Of a DNA stretch of 64,000 nt, positions 1-9,500 are shown piece after piece (position 1 is the stretch's first letter; every line of letters begins with the position of its first letter). The translations under genes and the position numbers were made by a program. Source of the stretch: Eggerthellaceae bacterium (GTDB lineage: Bacteria > Bacillota > Clostridia > Christensenellales > UBA1242); contig CAVCJG010000005.1 in NCBI GenBank assembly GCA_963602685.1, positions 15,047-79,046 on the forward strand, written 5' to 3'. Below the pieces are notes generated by a model. That model did not search any database. It had not been told where the DNA came from and worked only from the letters and a program-made list of their open reading frames with translations.

Positions 1-532
1 TAAGTTTAACCTTTACTCCGTCTTTCGCCTTTTTGATAAGAATACCCATAATTTCTTTTCCAATCTTGTCGTTGGCGAAAATATAGTATTCAAGGTTGAT
101 CGATTTCTTAGCTTCTAAAAGGTCTTGCTTTAAAATAGCCATTTTCTCCATGCCATGGCAGAAGATTTTTACGTCGTTGCCAATACAAGGATAGCCGCCC
201 ATATCAAAGCAAAGTTTAACAAGTTCGGCGTCGCGACTTAACACCTTAAGCCCGATAACTTCCGAAAACGTTTTCAATCCTTTAATGTTTTTCAAAACGT
301 CTTTTTCAGAAATTGCTTTCTTTTTAATCATGCTTTTGACACGATGGCTCAGCCCGCTGCCCAGCAACATATAAAATACGAACCCGATAATAGGCAAGAA
401 TGTTAAAATAGCCATCCACGCCATGATAGTTTGTGGCTTTTTCTTTTCGAGAAAAACCATACCTATCAATAACAATAGGTTTACAATGCCAACTACGCCA
501 AATCCTAAAAATACCCAAGAAATCCAATGCAT
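1..532 (-). CDS. cls: Cardiolipin synthase (PLD superfamily), N-terminal ~177 aa; the 3' end lies beyond the left window edge
   Basis: Manual minus-strand translation from ATG at 532-530: MHWISWVFLGFGVVGIVNLLLLIGMVFLEKKKPQTIMAWMAILTFLPIIGFVFYMLLGSGLSHRVKSMIKKK... This gives two TM helices and the Cls-typical LPxxGxxxYxxxG segment. It continues in frame to ...VKIFCHGMEKMAILKQDLLEAKKSINLEYYIFANDKIGKEIMGILIKKAKDGVKVKL, the start of PLD domain 1. It is absent from the ORF track because there is no stop inside the window. Confidence 0.75.
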   Translation of the reverse strand, partial: MHWISWVFLGFGVVGIVNLLLLIGMVFLEKKKPQTIMAWMAILTFLPIIGFVFYMLLGSGLSHRVKSMIKKKAISEKDVLKNIKGLKTFSEVIGLKVLSRDAELVKLCFDMGGYPCIGNDVKIFCHGMEKMAILKQDLLEAKKSINLEYYIFANDKIGKEIMGILIKKAKDGVKVKL

Positions 533-595
533 AAAAATAGTATATACTTTTTTTAAAAAAATGCCAAAGCATTTTTTGCTTTGACATTTTTGTTG

Positions 596-3500
596 TTAAG
601 GATTTGAAGTTTTTGTTGAGTCAGTCAGATAGATTCTAAGCTCTCCAAGAAGTTTCTTGTAATTTGCATTACCATACTCTTTGCCATCGAAATTACCACC
701 AGGTCCACCTGAAGCCTTAATCCAAATTCTGATCAAGATGTATTGGTTTTTGTTCAACTCATAATGAGAACCAGTCGTAATCGTTCCTTTAATTGGATCA
801 ATAGTAGCATCAGTATAGCTTGTTCCATCTTTACCAATTGTGAATTCAAGTGCAGATGTTTTGGTATCGGCCTTGATAATATCCATTAGTGTTGTAATTG
901 TATCGTCCTTTTCTACTGTTGATTTTCCTAAAGCGGCGGACGCTACTGTGACATCAGAATATTTCTGTCCTTTTTCATCCGTATTCCCCTTTGCCCAATC
1001 TTCTAATTTAACAGTATAGCCAATATAATTATTATTTTTGTCGACTGCCTTTAATTCCTCCCAATCCTCTTTGGTCTTATAAATCTCTTTAACAACTTCT
1101 TGACCTAAGCCGTTGTCGAAGTAAGCATATTTAGGAGTCATAGTAAAGTTATGTTTATATTGATAATAAGTTCCATTAGCTTTAATGATATAACTCTTTG
1201 TAATGCTGTATTGATAAACGTCAGTAACGCTAGTCTTTGAAGGAATCCTTTCAGCACTTTCAATGTAAAGAATATCATGATCAATCTCATTAATCTCTAA
1301 ATCTTGCTCTGGCTTTTCATTTTTATCTTTATCATAAGAACCTGTGTTATCTGCTAAGTTAAGATCACCTTGGTCATTCAAGCCAACTTCATAAGTGCTG
1401 CCGTCCAACACAATTTTTGATCCTGAATAGTTGTCAACCATATTCCATTGGATAGTCGGCTCTTCATTCACTGTAACCTGTTCACCTATCATAACAAGCT
1501 TGTATTTAATTTCTTTTCCGTCATGAATTTTAAGAAGCTTATATCCATAAATTTTGTTGTTCAATTCTATCGTGCCGTATGGGCTTTCTACTTTTTTATT
1601 TTGATAGACAGGCTTATCGTTACTTCCTATATTTTTAATACCATAGTAAACGCTTGCGCCGTCAGGACCCGCCCATGAAACTTCAATTCCCATGCCTTCT
1701 GGGTTTATTGTTTTTCCATAAACTTCAGAAAGACTAATGAAATCAGTTCTTTGACTTGTTGTTGAAGTGTTGTTTCTCGTCAATACAAAGTTTTTCCATG
1801 TATCGTTTTCTGAAACATTGATAGACAACACTACTTGTCCTTGTGCAGGAATTGTAACTGCCAATGTGTCGTCATAGTAAGTACCATTTGCGGTTTCGTC
1901 CTTACCAACTGGTTTCAAATTGCAAAGTTTTGGATCCGTTGTTATATATTTGCCAAGCTCAAATTTCTGGCCATCAACAATTACTTTCGCCGTCGAATTA
2001 AACTTAGCTTTCTTTGTAATATTTGCGTTGTAGACTACTACGCAACTTTCTTCTTTGTTTGTTACACCTTTTTTGTAGGTCAAGCTTATCAAAATAGAAA
2101 CTTGAGTTGTATCCGATGTTCCGTAAATCCAACCATCCATATAAGGAACTTTATAATATCCTGCACTTAATGTTCTATATTGAGAATTTGCACCAGGCCA
2201 ATACAACGCATCTGTTGCAAGGTTTTTCGTGCCGCTTGATGTGACTACGCTTGTTTCTTTTTCACTTGCGTCAAGCCCCAAGTAATAATTGCGTTGTTCA
2301 TACGGCTCATATACTCCTTCGAGAGAAACACTCGTTGGTTTTGTGTTTGCCCCAGTTCCTTGTATATCTATTTTAACGGTATATGTAGTGTAAACCTTTT
2401 CGTCTACTTTAACTGGAGTAAGTTGGGCGCCACTTACATGTTGAACGCCATTGACTTTTAATTTGTATATTGGCGCCTCATCCGTGCCGCCTTTTATAAC
2501 CTCAAATTCTCTGTCGACTCCATTTATTTTGGTTTCCCATTTATATGGTGCCGTTGTTCCTGTCAATTTACCTGTTATTGTTGCTTTAAGCTTGTCTGCA
2601 TTTTTTTCCTGGGCCACGCTATAATATGTTACACCCTTATAAGTTATTGACGCATTTGCACCACCTGCTAAACAGCAATTGGTCTCATCATATTCATGAC
2701 TTACAGCATCTTGGCCTGAGCCTAATCTAAATGTGGAACTAGCCGCTGGCCCATCATAATGTTTTGCAGATTCTCCTTTGTCACTCTCATATTTAAATGT
2801 AACACCAGTTACTGTAACATCATGGAATTTAGGTGCGCTAGTATATTTGCCAGAAAGAACGGATTTCACATCTGCTTCGCTTGCATTGGTTGTAAGTCCC
2901 CATGCATCAATGTTTTGAAGAATAATTTTGCTAATTGTATCTGTTTCTGGAGCCTTATTGTATTCAATTTCAGCAGATTTTGTTACATTTTTTTGATCAT
3001 CTTTTGTTTCGTTGATTGAAATTGCATCATAAACAAGTCCGACATCAAAATCATCGCCTTCAGTAAAGTTTAAGGTTGAAACAGCTTCATAAACTGTAGG
3101 TGTTTGATCATCTGCAGGGACAAGATTGAAATAGAACATAATCTTGTAACCATAATCATCAGTAATCTCAACAAAATATTGTTTTACGCCAAACACTACT
3201 TCTGCAGGAGCAAATTTAATTGTTGGTATGTTTGGCTTATACTGATTACCATTCTTTGTCCAATAAGGTTTTTCCTTACTGTTTATCGTTTCTTTCGCCT
3301 CTGTCAATCGCAACTTGTCAATATTTGCCTTAGTATTGTATTCACTGTTTTCTTGTTGTGTAAGCACATAGGCAAAACTGTAAGCGATGTTTGTTGAATT
3401 CCAGTTTGTTCTGATTGCAGAAATGAGTTGCTCGCCAGCGTCTTTACCTGCAAGTGTCATTTCTTTTGACTTGCCATCTGTAACCGATGGAGTAAACACA

Positions 3501-6500
3501 TAAGGTTTATCTTTGTTTGTTACGTATGCGCTGTTATTTTCAACAACAGGTTCATATTTTTCACCTGCAAGAGTGATTTCATAGTCAGGAACAATCTTAA
3601 CTACTATATAGAATTCACTTGGGGTGTTTTGTTTATATTGGTATATTATCTTAACTAAAACATAGTCGCCATCTGCTGCACATCCAAGTCCAAACAAATA
3701 GTAGTCGTAAATTTTCTTGCTATCATTTTTTCCTACTTGTTCTGCAATATCGTGCAATTTAAGATAGTCTTCAAATTTTGAGTTTTGATATTGATATTGT
3801 TTATATCCATCAAATATTCTATACATTGATGAGCCGCTAGAAACATCCATTACTTCATATTTAAGTTCTGCATCACCGAGTGATTTTGCGGTGATAAGTT
3901 CGCCGGTTGATGGATGACGAATTCCCGCTTGTTCAACCAAACGATAATATTCACCCTTGTGAGCTTCGATTTCAATCACCGTTGGAGTTGAGCTTGAATC
4001 TGTTGGAGTAAACGAACGATCAACAGCAATATCTAATCCCATTTCAACTTGATAGCTGATTTGAGACTTTATTGTTCCACTGTCCCCAATTCTGTATCCA
4101 ACTTGATAAGTTGTGATTTCGGTATTGGCATCTGTCTTCGCGGAGCCAGATTGAACGGTTTGCATATCCGCATTTGTTATATCAATGCTTTGTCCATCGG
4201 CTGTTGCATAACGATATTCAACTCTGCCTGCTGTGCGAACAAATGTAACACCTGTCATTACAGCATCTTTTGTTACATCTGCATCTGCTTTTGCAAAGAA
4301 TACGATTGTTTGATTTGCAGCAAGTTGAAGTGCACTTACCCCGCTGTCAACATATATTGTTCTGCCAACATATTCAGATTTAAGTTGGAATTGCAAAAGT
4401 ACAAGAGGCTCAGAAGTTCCTTGTTTCGTAACAGGAGTGTAAGTTCCGTTTGCGTCCACTTCGACAACATATGGATAATAAACTGCGCCAACAAGTGCAC
4501 TTGCCCCAACTTCGAGTTTGAGCAATCTTGACTTATTGAATAAGTCTGTGGTATCGATGCGATCTTGATAGATTGTTTCGACTTCGCCGTTTCTATGGAT
4601 TGTTGAGTTTACATAACCACTTACAACATTGTCAAAAACATAAACGGTATAGTTGATTGACACACCATGATATTTAACTTGCAAAATTACATAACTCACA
4701 CCTGTTTCATTGCCTTTTGTGAATTTAAAAATAGCAGTTTCTGGCTTCACAGTCGGCTCAGGGGTGACGGTCAATTCAGAATTCTCAGTCGAGTTAGGAT
4801 TTGCGTATAATGCATAATACGTTACAGAGGTTCCCGTTGTTGTTTGTTCTCCATATTCCACTGTTTTCATATTTTGTATGTCAATGATTTTTACTGAAGC
4901 GTTGCCAGTTAATGCACTATAGTTATCTGCATATCCACCGTCATATCCGCCGTTTGCTATGTTGACCTTAGCGGCTGCTGCTTGAATTCTATTTGCACTT
5001 GCAAATTCCGCAGCTGATGATAAGAAGCTATCGATTTTTGCTCCGCTTATAACTGATTCATAAGTAAGGTTTTCAGTTTGGCTTGGGTTTGGATAGTTTG
5101 TTTTAAGTCTGTATGCTGGATAGATTGTCACTGGCACACTTACATTAAACGTGAATAAATCTTTATATGTGAAAGTTAATGTAACAGTTGTGCTGGTTGT
5201 GATTGCAACGTCTTTTGCTTTGATTGTAATCTGTCCATCACCACTCATTGTAATTGTATCGAACAATCCTGAATCTTGAGCACTCCATGCCAATGAAAAG
5301 CCTGTGGTGCTAAAAACTTTTGCATCTTGTTGTAATGATGTAAATGTAATTCCAGTGTATTTTGTGCCCGAAATTATCGATTGAGTTTCAAGAGATTGCT
5401 TAGGTTTGATGTTTGCTGCAATTTCATAGGTGTATATTACATAACCTGTTTTTTTTATTTGGGAAGTAATTTCTTCTCCCGCTTCGTTCGTGGTTGTTAC
5501 TGTGTATTTATACTTATAATATAATTTTAAAGTAATTGTTTTATCTTCAATAGCATTGAAAATTGTAATTGATTTGCCATCGTCAACAAGGTTAACGTAG
5601 TCAATATCACCACCTTCTGTTTTAATAGTATCCAATTCAGCGTCTTTTGTGGTTAACTTAACTAAGTCTCCAATCGCATATTTCCCGCCAGCAGTAAGTG
5701 TTTGATTCTTTTGAGTAGCATTGACAGTTGCAGGAATGATTAAAGTAATTGTTGAAATTACTTTTCCGTCAACTGAGAAGTAAACATTTCTTGTTATTTC
5801 ACTTTCTCTAAATTCTGGAAGTTTAATTGAAAGAGTTGGGTTTGCTGCTTTGTAATCATATTCAACTTTGTAACCTTTCTCCTTCTCCAAGTTATGCGTT
5901 AATACTGTTACTACTTTGTTTGGATCGACATTGCTTTCGCCTGAGTCAGTGCGTTGTTTTGTTGTCGCCTTAACTGTTTGAGCGTCTGTGGTGTTTGCCA
6001 ATTTCCAAGTTGCATCACGAGTTCCGACTGTGAAGTTTCCGTCGCCAGCATTGTATGCCATAACATATTCAACGCTGCTTGCATTGATTGAGAATACATA
6101 TTCAAAATCTGCGCCGTAAACATTTCGATATTCTCTTAACAATTTTACTGTAACATTCTTTGCATTTGCTTTGTTTGTAAAAGTTACATTAAGTTCTGTT
6201 TGTTTGCCATTACTATCTTCTACGATTCCAATCGCAACTGTAAATATTTCATTAGTTTGATAGTATTTATCGTCATTGCCTTTTTTAGTATAATCCTTTC
6301 CGTCAATCAAAAGTTGTGAAACTGTTAAATTTGCTTTAGCCGAAATGTCTGTAGGTATTGTTTCCCCATAACGTTGAATCACGTCTTCAATTCTATGTTT
6401 GTCTTGATTTTGAGTATCTGCACCTAATTTTGCTTTTAAATCAATTTTTATTGGTTCGTCTTCGTTATTTTCAACTGTTAAGTTTTCAGCGCTGCCGCCA

Positions 6501-9500
6501 AATGGATATGTAACATTATTTTTTATTATTTCAAAATTAACATTTTCTGGTAGGTCTGATGGGTTTATAAAATTAAAATTATTGTTTGTTGCATTTGGTT
6601 TAACTTTCAACATAAAGCGATAAATCAATCCCTCAATCGCCCCATTGGTATTTTTTTGAGTAATTTCAAAATAGGTCTCTACATCAGTATCTGAGATAAT
6701 ATCGTTGATTGTAAGGATATTTCCATTGATGGAATAAACTTTTTGTCCCTTCAATGTGCCAAATTCAACTGAAGTTTTATTTGTTTCAAAGTCAGTCGCT
6801 TGCAAACCTGTTAAATACTTGTCATCTCCAAGTGAAGTTAACATTTCACCATAAATGCTGTCTTTGTAAGTATATTGTTTTTCGCCATTATAATTTATTT
6901 TGCATCCGTTTTCGTTTTTGCTTCCTACGTACGCTTTATAAATTACGATTGCCTTGCTTGTTGTATCAATAGACTTAAAGTAATAAGTTGTTGTAACTTC
7001 GTCGGCGGTAATTGTAAATGTTTCTCCAACTGAAATTAGTTTACCATTATTTACGCCTTCGGCTTTAATTTCATTGTTTTTATTAACCGTGAATGAAACT
7101 TTTTTAAAAGTGAAAGTTCCACCACCGTTTTCGTCTGGAGTGTATGTTATATTGCCGTCTTTATTGTCTTTGCCCATTTCTTCAACGATGGTTAATTTTC
7201 CATCGTCCAAATAATATTCAAAAGGTGCAACAAGATAATATGTTTTGCCACCTTCAACTTCAGCAAACAAATTGTTAGGGTTGTTGAGAGTGTCGTTTAA
7301 GTCGGTGTTGTTTGTGTTTGAATCGCCAGGTGTTTCATATGGATAAGATGCGATTTTGCTTCCTACACGTGACCAAACAAATGGAATTTGCCATGTCGCA
7401 AGATCATTGCCTAGATTCCCATCTGTGAAATCCCTAAAGAAGACTTTGAAATATACTGATTTTCCAGCAATCAACGCATCATTAGATTTGCTTGCAAAGT
7501 TGATTGATTGCCCCGCGATATTGTATGCGTTTTGAACTCCAGTAAGTTTTATTCCGATTTTTTTGTCGTCAGAACCATTGGAATTGCTTGATATAGAATG
7601 TAGATAATAATCACCTAAATTTTTTTGGAAGGTTGCACTATTTCTGTCCACCCAAACTGCATCATAGCCGTTATATTTTATTGTTGTTCCAAGCATAAAT
7701 AAATCTGAGAAGTCTGCAAGTTCTACTATGCTAAATCCAAGTGAAAGATTTGCTGAGCATGTAGCAACAACTTTTTCTAATTCTTTTATCGTTGCTTTTG
7801 CTGAAATAGTGATAGTTTTGTATGTTTCACCATAGCCTAAATCTAAAGGCAAAACTGAAACAAACTTTTTATTTGCATCAAGTTGATAGTATTTTGAAAT
7901 TTCGTATGATGAAATTCCACCAATCTCCGTAGCGTCAACTGCTTGAACAGCGCCATATCCAAGCGTTGTTCTTTTTAGCTCGAAATATTGTGTGAAGTCA
8001 TTATCTAACTTTATGTTTTTAACGCTTAAATCACGGCTGCTTTTTTGAACGAGCTTAAAGTTTGGACAAACAACAAGTGTTAAGTCTTTATAATAAGCAT
8101 ATTTATTGCCATCTATAACATAAAGAGTGAATGTGTATTGTGTAGGTTCGTAAACATCATTAAATGTCAACTTACCGTTTTCGAATTTTCCGACTTTATC
8201 GCTATTGACTACGAGTTCCTCATTCTTATATTTATCTATTTGATCCCATTTTACATATGTAAAATTTCCTTCTTCATCTGCTTCGCCAAGTCTAACTTTA
8301 ACGTATTCATTAAGGTCGATTGGGAAAGCGGCATAAACGTAGATTGCTGTTGGATCAAAGTCTTCGTCTTTGTCTTCGTCGGCAACGCCTTTCTGGTCTT
8401 TTGTTTCGCCGTTTACTTTATATTCGCCATATTTGATGTTTGCAAAGTCCACTTTTTCTTCTGTTGCGTATTTTTTAATTGTGATGTCAAAAGTAAAGTT
8501 TAATGTCGAATCGCTGTTTGTTGCGACAAATGAAATTGTAACGTCATCGGCAAAGTTTTCTTTGATTTTAAAACTTTTAATTTCAGTCGTTGTTTCGCCA
8601 GTGGTGAACTCAATCATACCATTTAACGCGGCGCTTGATTCATCTTTAAGTCTAATTGTGTAATAATTTGGATCGTATTTTCCAGAAGTTACAAAAACAT
8701 CAAGAAGTCCGTTTCGGGCGTCGTCATCTTCGCTTGTGTTTTTAAGGACGACCTCGTTACCCGCTTTGCCATCCATTGAGTATTTTGGATTTGCAAGGTT
8801 TTGTTCTGCGCCTTCAACTTCAATTCTTGTAACGCCAGTTGTTGAAACATTTAATGTAAAACTATATGACACGCTGCCCGCTGTGATTGTAACAATAATT
8901 CCGTTTTCAGTGCCTGTGCCGAATGTGATTTTCTTTTCGCTGTTGTCGGCAATTACGATTTTTGAGTTTGAAGATGAAATTGTGTAATCATATTTAAAAG
9001 CACGATCATAAACATCAGTGATCACTGTTTTATCTTCGCCGTTTATAAGTTCAGCAAACTGATTGATTGCGTTTTCGCCAGTGTATTCTACATCTGTTCC
9101 CTTAATTGAAATTGTGCTTGTGCCGTCGCTTGTCATGGTTTGAGTAACATCAAATGTTTGGCCTTTCAATGCTTCGTTTGCAATGCCTTTTGGACGTTGG
9201 TTGTAAACAACTACTCCCGCTTGCTTGTCGCCATCGGCAGGTTGAGCCGTCCAATCTAAAATTGCAACTGAGTTGTTGTATTCAACACGAACAAAGAATT
9301 TTGTTCCCAATTCTTCTGCGATGTTTACATCAGCCTTTGTTTTTACTGGGACAGTAACAACGTCGCCTGCAAGAGTCATTTCGCCAAATTCAAAAACGTC
9401 GCTCCCAACTCTGTCTTTGCCCGCAATGTCTTTGCTTGCATAGAAAGTGATTTTGCTTTTTTCGTTTTCAAAGATAGCAGCGTCGCCGGCTTCTTTTAAT

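Noticed and set aside
324-587. 87-aa ORF from the track (MSKQKMLWHFFKK...)
   Set aside because: It is an out-of-frame shadow of the cls 5' region. The +1 frame on the same strand gives a textbook cardiolipin-synthase N-terminus (two TM helices, then the PLD domain) running continuously to the window edge.
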